DNA of 64,000 bases from Neoechinorhynchus agilis (Eukaryota; Animalia; Acanthocephala), in contig CM121341.1 of the NCBI GenBank assembly GCA_051530055.1, positions 7,976,784 through 8,040,783 of the forward strand, in the 5' to 3' direction. Positions within the stretch are counted from its first letter, which is position 1. Every line of letters starts with the position of its first letter. Below are positions 23,107 through 34,659 of this stretch, piece by piece. Both the position numbers and the translations under genes were made by a program. The notes under the pieces are model-generated. The model was not told the origin of the DNA. It did not search any database and was given only the letters and a program-made list of their open reading frames with translations.

Positions 23107-23857
23107 GTATGCGATCAGGCCTCCAAGATAGTTTAATAAATTTTTAGATTGTCTTTCTTTAAAAAAACACAGTTGTAATTGGGATTTTCGAACAAGAATT
23201 AATCTGAATCTAAGTGGAAACTTATTTTGGGATAATCGGGATAGTAAAGAAATTTTTACTTGAGATGATAATAATCCCCCGTTTAAAAATCATTTTATTA
23301 TTCGTGAAATATTTAAAAACTTACAAGAAATGATTGATAAAACGAGGTTTCCTACATATTCACCACACAAGTCAATATTTTGGAATACTTGGCAACTACT
23401 AAAAATAATACGGACAACATTTTTAGACTGATTTTTGGCTGGGTGGCCGGTTAATCGGAGAAATAATGCGCCAATGAAATTCTCATCGTCCTAATGTAAA
23501 AGATTCTTAATTGATTTATTGTTTTGCGAGTGCTAAATCCGCTTACAATGAAGAGGACCGCATGTGGTCGATAAAATTTACAATAAATCAATATCTCGAA
23601 GGCGGATTTAGCACTCGCAAAACAATAAATCAATTAAGAATCTTTTACAAGGACGGTTAGTTCGAAAAGCTAAAGAAATTTTTCTACCTGAAATCGGTTA
23701 ATTGCTCTTAATGCAAACGGTTTTTTGAATATGAACAAACAGGATTTAAAAAGTTTATAGTTTTGGTGAAAATGAAGGAGAAAATCCTTCGGGTTAGTCA
23801 AAGTTTATAATCTTGGCCTATTTGAAAATGTCGATATGTGACGTACCGGGGAATGTG

Positions 23858-23907
23858 ATTTAGAACTGATGATGAACCCGATGAGGTTCGAAACGTTTTT
23901 AATAAAT
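23858..23907 (+). ncRNA. Minimal hammerhead ribozyme, ACGT family
   Basis: ATTTA-GAA-CTGATGA-T-GAACC(CGATGA)GGTTC-GAAA-CG-T-T-TTT(AA)TAAAT; AATAAA overlaps the 3' strand. Confidence 0.75.
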
Positions 23908-23944
23908 ACTCATTTATCACGGGTGTAGACTTCTAAACAATAAT

Positions 23945-24361
23945 TCTAATAACCTATTTGATTTTGATTTATTGGAGATATTTCGCGAGGAGGTTACCTC
24001 CTCAGTCATTGTTACCTCCTCGCGAAATATCTCCTTCTCACTCACGCATTTTTCTCTCTCTCGAGACCAATTTATCCTGTTTGGTGCAATCCACCATCGT
24101 TTCCTCGGCCTTCCTCGTCGGCGATTTCCCGTTATTTCCAGTTTCTCCGTCTTCGAAATTTTATCATGCCAGAGCGTTGTCATTTGGGTCAAATTTTGGC
24201 AAGAATTCTACAGCCGGATGTCCTTCCTGGCGCCAACCCTTTTTCAGCCGGGCTTGGGACCGTTCTTGGCGGAGTTCTTCGAAATATCTCCAATAAATCA
24301 ATTAGGTTATGACCGGGATTATATATTTGATTTATTTCGCGAGGTAACCTCGCCTCCTTAG
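23945..24361. mobile_element. Fold-back element with decayed hammerhead arms, interrupted by a LINE fragment
   Basis: gatttattggagatatttcgcgaggagg...cctcctcgcgaaatatctcc arms; extra arm at 24335-24361 reads CTAAGGA-G-GCGAGG(TTA)CCTCGC-GAAA on the minus strand. Confidence 0.7.
24035..24279 (-). mobile_element. 5'-truncated 3' end of an RTE-like LINE with a 12-bp target-site duplication
   Basis: Encodes GNRRRGRPRKRW, typical of the C-terminus of RTE-clade ORFs; flanked by cgaaatatctcc at 24023-24034 and 24280-24291. Confidence 0.65.
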
Positions 24362-24997
24362 TTATCGTTGAAGTAGTGAGAGATAATAAACCTATGTAGT
24401 TTTTTCGTAATAAAAGTTCGTTAGCATTATTTTCACCAAAGGATTTTGTCAATAAGTAAAAAGTTTATATTGTTGAGCAATACGCTCAAGGTTATTTAAA
24501 AATAATTTGTGTTTACGACTTTTTTTTATTTAATCGCAGCAGTTAGATGCTAAAAATGATAATTTTTAATTAGGTCTCCTGCAAACAATAACCACTAATC
24601 CCCACCAATACAGATATTCCAACCCTACCGAATCCGTAATCCCCACCAAAACGGATTGTGAAGACCCAAACGAGGACATTGATCTTATTCCTATTAAAGG
24701 TATAAAATTTAATACTTATTAGCTGACTGCCAAATTAAATCGATGATTTCAAAGAATTTTGCTATATCCAAAAGTACATTGATTTTTCCAAAGTTCTTGT
24801 AGTTTTATATAATGCCTATTTGACAACGGATAAAAAACTGATTATTTTGTAAAGAAGTTGTTCATATATCTGAATTTTTTGGTGGCGACAGAGCAATAGA
24901 TATTGATTTATTATTCTCAATATTTTGCCGTTTTGTCGGACTTTGCGAAACCTTGAGAAACAAATCAATATCTTTAAAAATTTTGCTGAAAATACTC

Positions 24998-25132
24998 CCG
25001 GTCATAACCTATATTTGATTTATTGGAGATATTTCGCGAGGAGGTAACCTCGTCTCCTCAGTCATTTTTAAAGTGAGACCGAAGTTACCTCCTCGCGAAA
25101 TATTTCCAATAAATCAAATAGGTTATGATCGG
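24998..25132. mobile_element. Second, uninterrupted copy of the fold-back (~50-bp arms)
   Basis: ccggtcataacctat...gcgaggaggtaac / gttacctcctcgc...ataggttatgatcgg. Confidence 0.85.
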
Positions 25133-25281
25133 CGGATTATATTCACTAAAATTATAACCTTTGACTAACCCGAATAATTTTTTCTGTCGATGATAAATCA
25201 ATATCTATTTTTCTATCATCACCAAAAAATAAACACTGATTATTTTGTACTGTTGAGTATGAAAAGAAACAATGTGATTGT

Positions 25282-26049
25282 TCAATATGGATCATCGGCA
25301 CAATTATCAGCTGCAAATACAGTACCATCCATTTTGATGCACAAGTGCACTCCAGATTGGCTCATGTGCGGTTCATATTTACTTTTTGCAGTAAATAAAG
25401 CAATTAAGTTCAATAGATAAATATTTTCACTTTCGAACTTTATGACTTTTGCGCTCATTCGTAAAGTTTCATGAGCCATAAAATCAACTTGTTCTGATTT
25501 CTTAACTTTTATATTTCTCGGTGCATTTATGTCCAAAATATCGTCCGATGAGATCTCAAGTGAACTTTTTTTGGATGATACATAGCCGGTAGTTATCGAT
25601 GTAACGTTCAGGTTGGACCGAAATAGGAGCGCAGCGTTGCTTATATCCACATAGCCCATAAATGTACTCACTAATGGCTTTCCCTTTTCAGTGTTCAATG
25701 ATATTCTTGATCCAAAAACGTTAACACCACTTGGCTCGACTTTCAAAGCTTCTTTGATTCCACTCGTAGTCTTCACAACTTCAAACACAATTGAATCAGG
25801 CGATGTTAAATGTAAAGATGTTTCAGATGCGATCCGGTTTGCTTTTAAATCGCCTGCAATATTCAAATGTCCGTTGATTTTAATCGCTTTGTTGCTAGTT
25901 ATCTCTATTGGACCAAAGCTCGATATTGACGGCTTCAATAAAAGCAAGATCCAAGCTGTAAAGATGAAATTAATTAATATTAAGTGCCCTCCGATGAACA
26001 AAGCTAGGTATAAGGCGTTTTTCCTATAACCATGGATTCCAGCAACCAT
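25282..26049 (-). CDS. Sarcoglycan, delta/gamma/zeta type
   Basis: AGIHGYRKNALY...INFIFTAWIL (cf. VGIYGWRKRCLY...VNLAMTIWIL), type II TM, beta-rich ectodomain, C-terminal Cys. An upstream exon is possible. Confidence 0.85.
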   Translation of the reverse strand: MVAGIHGYRKNALYLALFIGGHLILINFIFTAWILLLLKPSISSFGPIEITSNKAIKINGHLNIAGDLKANRIASETSLHLTSPDSIVFEVVKTTSGIKEALKVEPSGVNVFGSRISLNTEKGKPLVSTFMGYVDISNAALLFRSNLNVTSITTGYVSSKKSSLEISSDDILDINAPRNIKVKKSEQVDFMAHETLRMSAKVIKFESENIYLLNLIALFTAKSKYEPHMSQSGVHLCIKMDGTVFAADNCADDPY

Positions 26050-27892
26050 CTTAAGAAAATGCCGGAATTCACTGAAACACAAATTCTCCACTAAAGTACC
26101 TTAAAAAGCTTACTGCCAAGTATAAATTAGTTCATGTCAGAAAAAAGAGAAGATTGTAAGTACCATTAGAGCAATACAACACGCAATTCCTCAATGCAAA
26201 AGTAATTCAATTTGTTTACGAAGTGTTCTTGAATATCCAATTTGGAACATAAATAGAACTCCATATTTGGCGATGGAATATTTCGTGAGGATTTTCTCAA
26301 CTCTCTGTGAAATAAATAGAACTATTAAACCAATCTAATAAGTGAACTCAATGATTTTCAAATAGGAATTGTTTTGAGCGAATAGCAAGTCGACACAGTT
26401 AATACTTCGAATGCGTCCTGGCCATTGATGTATTAGCAAATCACAAAAATGTTCTTGTAACAATGGTTTTCTTATAGAATTGAAAGATTCAAAGTCGAAA
26501 TCAAATCCAGAATTGGGAGTCCTGCTTGCAGTTATTCCAAAACACGTTGGAATCTAATACAGATCGCGGTATCCTATACTCAATCATCAATTTCCTTTGG
26601 TATGAAATCACGTGTTTAAGAATCCGAAATAAATAATGGTGCTGCTGAATATTTTTCACGATATTACGTTCTCAAAGCATTATGATTTTGCCATTAAAAA
26701 ATAAAACTGGAGCATATTCAGGTGACCATTCGACTCACTTTCCTCCATGAGAAACTAATATGTTTGTTAATGACGGATTAGCAAGGTGGCTTGAAAGTTT
26801 TGTTAAAAATCAATTCAATCTTCAAACAGAAATTATTTTGGTTTTGCAAAAAAAACGATTTATATAAAAAAGCAGTTGGACGATATGCGTTTTCGTGATT
26901 AATATTCTTCGTTTTAGATTTGGTGATGCTAACTATCGATAACTTCATAAGGAAATGGAGCATTTTGTAGAATGACAAAGCGTTGTAATGAAGAAAAAAA
27001 ATTAGAATCGATTTTAACACCCAATGATCATTTGTGAAAAATCCTTCAAAGTATGAATTCCATCTATAGGAAATTAATCATTTAGAAATTAGTGAATCTC
27101 AGGTCACACAAGGATCTTAGTTGTGCCAGTATAGAAGTTAGTCGGAGCAACCACTTATTTCGGCTTTGAAATCCTCTTTGGTGATGGACCCTCGTCGAAA
27201 TCTATCGAAAAAGGCTACACTAACCAAGAGCGTTATTGTTAATCTTAACCAGTTCCAAAGCTAGATTTTTGAAATAAATAAAAAGATTGGATTCGATAAA
27301 CGATGTTAGTGGTGATATTACGTTATTCAAAAGTTGTACCATTACATTTTCAATCATTTTTACACACTTCTTTGATTTAACAAGGAAATCAATACCTGCA
27401 ATTTAAACAACGAACTGCAATGGCAGCATAGCGCATCTTAATAATCCGGTTGAAAAATATACTGAATCGATGAAAAAACCCATTCGGAAACCATTTATTT
27501 GTTCAAACGAGTCCTCTAAATAAACTTGAACAAAGAAACAACTACGACAGTTCGGTACATACTTGATTTTTCGATCTTCTTTAGAAAGATTTAAGTATCC
27601 TCCACAACACTTTTTTCATATTCAATTCACTAGTAAACTAGAACTTGCCCATTTGTAAAGAATGATTTTTTTAGAGTTTTATGGTTTTTGCCTTTTTTTG
27701 TTTTTCCTTTTAAACTATAAGATAAAGCAAATCTAGACGAGTACAAAAGTTAAATATAATAACTCTGCGCTGCTGTTTTGAAGCGCAATTATCTTCAGTC
27801 TTGATTTTATTTTCTCTGGACGTTTTAATGGAATGCATTTTTATTGAGCCACGAAGACTATTTAATTTTTTTATTATTCAGAATGTTCATCA

Positions 27893-27964
27893 GCGTTGGT
27901 GGTGTAATGGTTAGCATGGTTGCCTTCCAAGCAGCCGATCCGGGTTCGATTCCCGGCCAACGCA
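27893..27964 (+). tRNA. tRNA-Gly(TCC)
   Basis: Acceptor GCGTTGG/CCAACGC, anticodon loop CTTCCAA, T loop GTTCGATT. Confidence 0.95.
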
Positions 27965-28306
27965 CACTTGAACATTGAACATGGGAAAAAGCGTTCAGCA
28001 AGATTTGCGATTATTAGTAAAATAATTTGTTTATTGTTTGATTGACGAGACGTCGTAAACATTTTCAAGCAACTGAAATATCGAATTATTTTTGATGACT
28101 CTTCATAAATTCAGAATAACAAAGATCTTCTCTGCGTTGATTTAAATTCAGAATTTTCTAAATTTCTTTGTTTTCGAATTTCGAATTGGATAATATTATA
28201 GCTTTACGACCCACTAGCAATTGAAATCGTTAATTTTATAAAGTTAAAGATAAAATCCATGAGTATGATAACGTGGGAAAAAAATTATATATCCAAGATG
28301 ACTTTT

Positions 28307-28349
28307 ATTGAAATATTTCGTCCAATCACGCTGGACTTCTTCAGTCAAT
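28307..28349 (-). ncRNA. Minimal hammerhead ribozyme, ATAT family, all stems perfect
   Basis: ATTGA-CTGAAGA-A-GTCCA(GCGTGAT)TGGAC-GAAA-TA-T-T-TCAAT, running into AATAAA. Confidence 0.85.
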
Positions 28350-28734
28350 TATTGTCAGCAGAGGAAAAAACAGTTTCGAATGTCTTATCGATAGCTGCGT
28401 AGAAGACAAAATTTGCCATTTTCAACGACAAAATGGTACTCACAGTGTCTAAAATTCGAATGGTAAATCAAAGCTCGAAATTATGATAGTGCAATGCAAT
28501 TCAAGAGGCTCAATGAATTTCCCATGTCTGTATAGAAGATTTATTCGTATTGATTTTGTTCTAACAGTCGAAATCACTGCATTTCTGAATTTATTTACTT
28601 TACGGTTTTTGTAGCCTTTAGTGAGCGGGCTAAAACCGATCGCTCAACCTAATAAACCCTTTCATTTTGGTTACCATGACGATCCAAGACGACAATGAGA
28701 CTTAAACGTTAGTTTAAGAGTAATCTGGATAGTA

Positions 28735-29394
28735 ATGAGAATAACGAGTACGATTCGACTTCTGAATCCTTGGAATCGACAAAACGAGGGTTCGTACATG
28801 AGTTTGGTTTCGGAAATCGCAAGACGTGAGCAGTCACCTTACCATGAGACTGCAAGGAACCGGCGTCTTGCAAAACGAATCCGAATACAACTCTCCCTGA
28901 TAAAGAAGGAGCTCGTTGGATTAAAGGACGATCTATCTCAATACAACGGTGATTCTATACAGACTCGAAAATTGAAAATTCGAATCGACGACAATTTGAG
29001 AGAAATACGCAAATTGGTATTAGATTCGAGGAACTCGCCGCTTGCTTGCAAAGTCTCTAAGATTGCATCTCGGGAATACGCTATTTATCAGAGCTTTATG
29101 TTGCATAAGAAATTCTTTAGTGATTTTATACAGGCGGAAAAACGAGTTAAGCGATTAATGAAACATACAAATAATTTCTTTAGTTTCCTAATGCCTTCGG
29201 ATTCGCCAGAAAGATGTTTGCTCGAGCTCAACGAAATAAAGAATTTATCGAAATCGATGGAATTGAACGAGGGTGCTCTCAAAGGATTGAAAATTATCGA
29301 TAAATTAATGAATGAATTAATGCTGATTTACCAAAAAGATGAGCGCAAACAAAAAGTCGCGGTTGACAACAAATATGAAACTATAAATTGCTAA
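28735..29394 (+). CDS. Orphan helical/coiled-coil protein, 219 aa
   Basis: 660-bp ORF in AT-rich DNA with heptad-like L/I/K/E pattern; family not recognised. Confidence 0.55.
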   Translation: MRITSTIRLLNPWNRQNEGSYMSLVSEIARREQSPYHETARNRRLAKRIRIQLSLIKKELVGLKDDLSQYNGDSIQTRKLKIRIDDNLREIRKLVLDSRNSPLACKVSKIASREYAIYQSFMLHKKFFSDFIQAEKRVKRLMKHTNNFFSFLMPSDSPERCLLELNEIKNLSKSMELNEGALKGLKIIDKLMNELMLIYQKDERKQKVAVDNKYETINC

Positions 29395-29740
29395 TTTTTT
29401 TGTTTGAACCATCCATGTTTGTTGTAGCCTAAAAAGGTTAAACGAATTTATTAAATCCGAGCGTTTTCGAAGCCAAAATCTGGTGCATTTATTAAGGTTG
29501 TTAAAGTGTTTAATCAACAGGCGCGATATTGTGTCTCCGAAGACAGTCGGATTTAATTTTTCCGCAATAAACAGGTTATATTTTTTCTAGCATCGAATGT
29601 TTAACTATTCACAACTCCTAATTTTTCGTATCTTAACACAAAAAGCAACTAACGAATGTTTTTATTCATTTTTAATCAAAAACAACAGTTCAATGCTAGA
29701 CTAAAATGATGTTATAAATCGATAAGCAAATCTGAACATC

Positions 29741-29813
29741 GCACCTGTGGTGTAGTGGTTATCACGTCTGCTTTACACGCAGAAGGTCCCCAGTTCGAAC
29801 CTGGGCAGGTGCA
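29741..29813 (+). tRNA. tRNA-Val(TAC)
   Basis: Acceptor GCACCTG/CAGGTGC, anticodon arm TCTGC-TTTACAC-GCAGA, T arm CCCAG-TTCGAAC-CTGGG. Confidence 0.92.
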
Positions 29814-30484
29814 CTACAATCCCCGCTCCCCACCGACAAAAGGAACCCACTCTTGCGGACATTTTCGCGCGCACCCAACCTTCCAATTTCATCTCTTCCA
29901 TTTTGCAAAATCTGTCTTCTAGCGTCAAAAAGGCCGAGCTCTTGCGCTCTATATACATCGTAATTCCCTGCGCAAATTGTCTTAGCAGTTCTTGACAGCG
30001 TTTTTGCTTACCGACCGATAAGCTAGCTGAGAATTCGTTGTGTTGTCTTGACCGGTCTTTTTTGAGGTCTTTCTTTTCACAATGCAGCCGAACGTTGACC
30101 TCTCGGATTCTGCCGTGCCGACTGTGACGTCATCAATTGAGTTGGATTGCCCCGTGCCCATCACACGACAACCGGACGACGTCGAGTTCAATGATGATGA
30201 CGCAGAGGCTTTACAACAACAGGCCGAGTTATCAAACTTCCGGGCCACCTCTTCTCCGAAAGGTTTTTGTTCGCCTTAACAAATCCTTGTTAGTTCGGAT
30301 ACACGGTCCCTTCAGAGCCCGCTGTTCTGGTTCCTCCCGCCACCCAAGATCTGTCATCCCGAACCCACTACCTCCTCGGAATGTCCCAGCGCCTCAGATC
30401 ATTCCCACGAAATTCCCTGTAATTTTTCGGCTAGATCCGTAGGGGAACGTGCCTCCTCCAAAATTGCGGATGGTGACATCCGGG

Positions 30485-31138
30485 GAGTTTCACGCGTCGG
30501 TTGTGTTTTAGCGAAGTGGCACAGCATTGATACCCCCGAATAAATGCATCTTTAAAAAACATCGGCGGTCAAATGTAATTTATTTAAGAAATCAGTCTAA
30601 GCTCTTTATAATATGCTCGTGTTTTCCGAATAAATAAATAACTATTTTGTGCAATATCTTATTGTATTGATTTTGTGGAATATCGACCAGTTTTTCGCAT
30701 AGACATTTAAGAGTAGATGCAAATAGTAAGTCACCTTTCTCGTGGTGGGCATTCGTCAACGACGGCTTTGGTAAATTACAAATTTCGTAGACCGTTTTCT
30801 CTGAACCTTTAGCCGACCGTTCAGCAGTGGTCTACGAAATTTGTAATTTACCAAAGCCGTCGTTGACGAATGCCCACCACGAGAAAGGTGACTTACTATT
30901 TGCATTTACTCTTAAATGTCTATGCGAAAAACTGGTCGATATTCCACAAAATCAATACAATAAGATATTGCACAAAATAGTTATTTATTTATTCGGAAAA
31001 CACGAGCATATTATAAAGAGCTTAGACTGATTTCTTAAATAAATTACATTTGACCGCCGATGTTTTTTAAAGATGCATTTATTCGGGGGTATCAATGCTG
31101 TGCCACTTCGCTCCAACACAACCTACGCGTGAACACTC
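30485..31138. repeat. ~650-bp near-perfect palindrome (arms ~310 bp, spacer ~35 nt)
   Basis: agcgaagtggcacagcattgatacccccgaa...tttcgtagacc is mirrored by ggtctacgaaa...ttcgggggtatcaatgctgtgccacttcgct. Confidence 0.95.
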
Positions 31139-31814
31139 AAATCAATACTGACGTTTTTAACGTCAACTTCATCGCTAACATCTCCTCCCTACTTTTAAAA
31201 AGTCGTCATACGGTCTTTTCGGAGGTCCCCTTACTCTACCTCTTCCATCAGCCTCCGTATCTCAGCGAAATTTCAGCGTTCGGGACGAATATCTTGCCGC
31301 ATTTCTGATTATCTGTGTACCTCTCGCACAGGGCGTCAAGCTGTCGAATTCGGTAATGCCCGCGAGGATCGACTGCTCGCCCTCTAGAAACTTCCTGTAT
31401 CTAGGATGTAAGGTGGGAATTGACAATGTACTCTCTATCAATTTAACCGTTTCCGGAAAAAAGTTGTAAACTGACTCCTCAGGAGATTCATTAAATTGAG
31501 CTCTTGATAACTCCCTAGCTGCAATATTTTCAGTCGAGCTTTCTATCGATTCGACCGGCTCATATGGACCGCGGCCATAGTTCGGCTCTTCGAGTAATTC
31601 GGCCAAATGAGCATCTGGCGACTCCACTTTTGCGACCTTCTGTCGATGATTGCAACGAATAGCTAGCGACCTGTGTATACTGAGGTTCGGCTAAAACATT
31701 TATTGGGTACTGCCCAGGAGTCTCTGAGACATTGATGGGATCTGGACGTCCTGAGTTCAGCTGCCCGTGTTGTAGATCACCTGGGTGAGGAACTGAGATT
31801 AGCGCTGATGTAAA

Positions 31815-32043
31815 ATGACTTACCCCTCGAATTCAAAACGGGTATTCGAAATGGAAGAGCCTGACCGGCGTAATTTGCGACAGTCGAGTATCATTAGCGC
31901 TCAAGGGGGCATATTTACAAAGTCGTGATAAGATCCGCTTTACGGGGCTGAAACTTGGAACGCGACACGAGTCTGCAAATCAAACGCCTCGAAACGATCG
32001 AAATGTGTATGCTAAGATGGATGGCAGGGGTTACCCAGCTGAA
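31815..32043 (+). mobile_element. RTE-clade LINE reverse-transcriptase C-terminal remnant, frameshifted
   Basis: RIQNGYSKWKSLTGVICDSRVSLALKG/HIYKVVIRSAL/YGAETW/KRLETIEMCMLRWMAGVT. Confidence 0.85.
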
Positions 32044-32469
32044 ACCAAATATGTACGAGAACTTCACATTGTAAAAATTCGTAGATCACCCAGCATGGCA
32101 CTGTCCGCGGTGTCTTCATTTTCAAGAATCCTGCAAAGTAGAGAAACGTTGTAGAGGATATCCTTCGCGAAATAGAGGCAAATCGTGGATACTACAGAGA
32201 ACTTGCATTGAACGTCTCCGACGCCAATTTATCATTGGAGGATTTAGTGCGGGTCTCCTTGTAGGCTTGGTTTCCTCTCTTTCGAAATATTTGGCGAACA
32301 ATAAATTGATTTTTCATTAGGGCGAGTATTCTTCACCACACAAATCAAAATTTGTCCATCCCGATTGATTTTCTCTGTCGATATGATTCTTACAACCCAG
32401 GCGCCCGTTCCCATGGTGATTACCCATAAAATGAAGTATTGCATCAAATAGCAGAAATATTTCGAAACG

Positions 32470-33588
32470 ATGAGCCACCGAAACAGCCGGGATCGATTGA
32501 ACAACCGACGATCAAGTAGCCGAAGAACGGACTACACGGGAATATTGCGTATGAATGGTCTTGAGTTAGGCGATACAATCGGTGGTGGCTCATATGGAAA
32601 AGTAAAGTAGATTTTCTCCTTTGAGTGACCTGTCTAAGTACGTAAATTTTAGACTATGTTACGTCTCGAGAGATTCACGAGGGAGGGATTTATGGAAAGG
32701 CATGGAACAGAGAATGGCGTGCAAGATCATCGATAAATCAAAAGTCCCCATTAATTTCGTAGAAAAGTTTCTACCTCGAGAACTCGAAATTCTCGCCAAT
32801 GTGCGACACAAAAATATTGTCAAGGTATAGCTTTTTTTAGTGCAATTTTGTAAGCCGAATATTGAACAGCTTCACAAAATCCTTGAAATAGGCTCACGAG
32901 TTTACATTTTAACTGAGTTCATAAGTGGAAGTGATCTGCTAAAGTTTGTGAAAGTGAGTCTGCGATCGGCGATTATCATTCTTAGACCTATAATCTGATC
33001 CAAGAATACAGGATCCCTGACTGAATTAAACGCTAAGAATATCTACGGCCAAATCGTGGAGGCTATCGCTTATTTGCACCACAACCGCATTGTCCATAGA
33101 GATATAAAATGTGAGAATATCTTAATCAATCACGATACGATGCAAGTAAAGGTTATTGATTTTGGATTTGCCCGATATACTTACGATGACGAGAATGATG
33201 CCGATGTGGATAGTATGACTTATTGTGGATCTGCGGCTTATGCAGCGCCGGAGGTACTCAAAGGGACTCCTTATAAAATGCAAGCGTACGATGTTTGGTC
33301 CACGGGCATTGTATTGTTTGCCATGGTTCGTCCGAATATTTTTATTGTGCAAAAGAACTGTTAATTTTTAAATTTTAGCTTACAGGAAGCTTGCCGTTCG
33401 GAGAGAGAAATCCAAAACAAATATTGGAAAAACAGAAACAAGGTCTTTATAGGGATGAAAGGATGAACAGAGGAGTGCTTACAGACAGTCTGCATCTTAG
33501 ACGGCTTTTAGAAGGCGTTCTAGAACAACAACCCACGAAACGATTGACAATAGAGCAAGTAAAGTCACACCGATGGCTTTCCTCGTAG
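32470..33588 (+). CDS. TSSK: Testis-specific Ser/Thr kinase family member; 5 exons, introns 32607-32652, 32825-32869, 32954-33004, 33326-33378
   Basis: GGGSYGKVK, ACKIIDK, KFLPRELEIL (TSSK signature), HRDIKCEN, DFGFAR, TYCGSAAYAAPE; four GT-AG introns of 45-53 nt. Confidence 0.9.
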
Positions 33589-34659
33589 AAATTAAATCCA
33601 TCTTTTGTGTTATAAATGAATCGAACTGTGTCCTTAGAGAGAAAATCTAATCAGATTACTCATTGATTTTTTAAATATTCATTCGAAAAATTCCTTAAGA
33701 AGCCGTCTGAAAGCTCGGAAATATAACATCATGCGGCTAGGAAATTTAGTAGTATTTTAAAAGATTTTCTTATAAGTGATAAAAAAATTTCCGCAGTCAT
33801 ATATAATTTATAGTTTCATCAACGCTCCTATTCATCGGCGCTGGCCAAAATACTGGCCGCATTGCCCCGCTGCAACGCAATGCTTATTTTTTGGGCTAGG
33901 AACGACGTCGATCTTGGCTCTCCAGTCGCTGCGTAAATTCACGGAGAATGTTAAAAACCAATTAAATTTCTTTTATAAGTAATAAAACATGTCAAAATAA
34001 AATATTAAAATATTTTTTGCCCGAGATTGCACCTTTTTTCCCTAAAACTATAATGACAAACGTGATGTTGAGGGATAAAATCAAAATCTAGAGAGAATGA
34101 AATATAAAAAGTCTTGCCATGAAAAGCGAGAATCGCTGGATAACGTTGGCCTGTTGCAAGACAGTGTCGTTTTAAAATTTAAGATTCTGAACCATGGAGC
34201 AGTGTACGAGTTTAGACATTTAAATCGTTATCCGATATTTATGGACGACGATTACGCTCATTCAGTGAAGTTCAAATAGTTGCCAGTTAGTGCAATTCTT
34301 TTTTTCTTACTTTAAAATGTATATTTAGAGGGGAAAAGATTTTGTAAATGTTAACCACTAAACCGCATGAATATTCTTGATCGAAATAAATTAATTAAAA
34401 GTGTATATCGCATGTCGAGCTTCTTAAATGTACTTTTGGCAAAGAAAATCATATTTTTCTTCCCCTAGATGTCGAAATTTGGTTAAAGCCTCACTAAAAT
34501 CCTTTACTTAAAATAGAAATTACAGACTCATCTCGTAATTTGCACTTTGATTTCGATCAATTTCTCGCTCAGTTTATTTTCCTTTTTAGATATACAATCA
34601 AACCGATCTCTCAGAATCAGAAAAGTGATTGAATCACTTAGATTCTCTCAAAAACATAC

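Noticed and set aside
26190-26700. Possible coding exons
   Set aside because: Short open frames on both strands, no recognisable motif and no consistent splice model.
30485-31138. Hammerhead in the large palindrome (TTGACGA...GAGAAA)
   Set aside because: C3 is missing and neither stem II nor UH can be formed.
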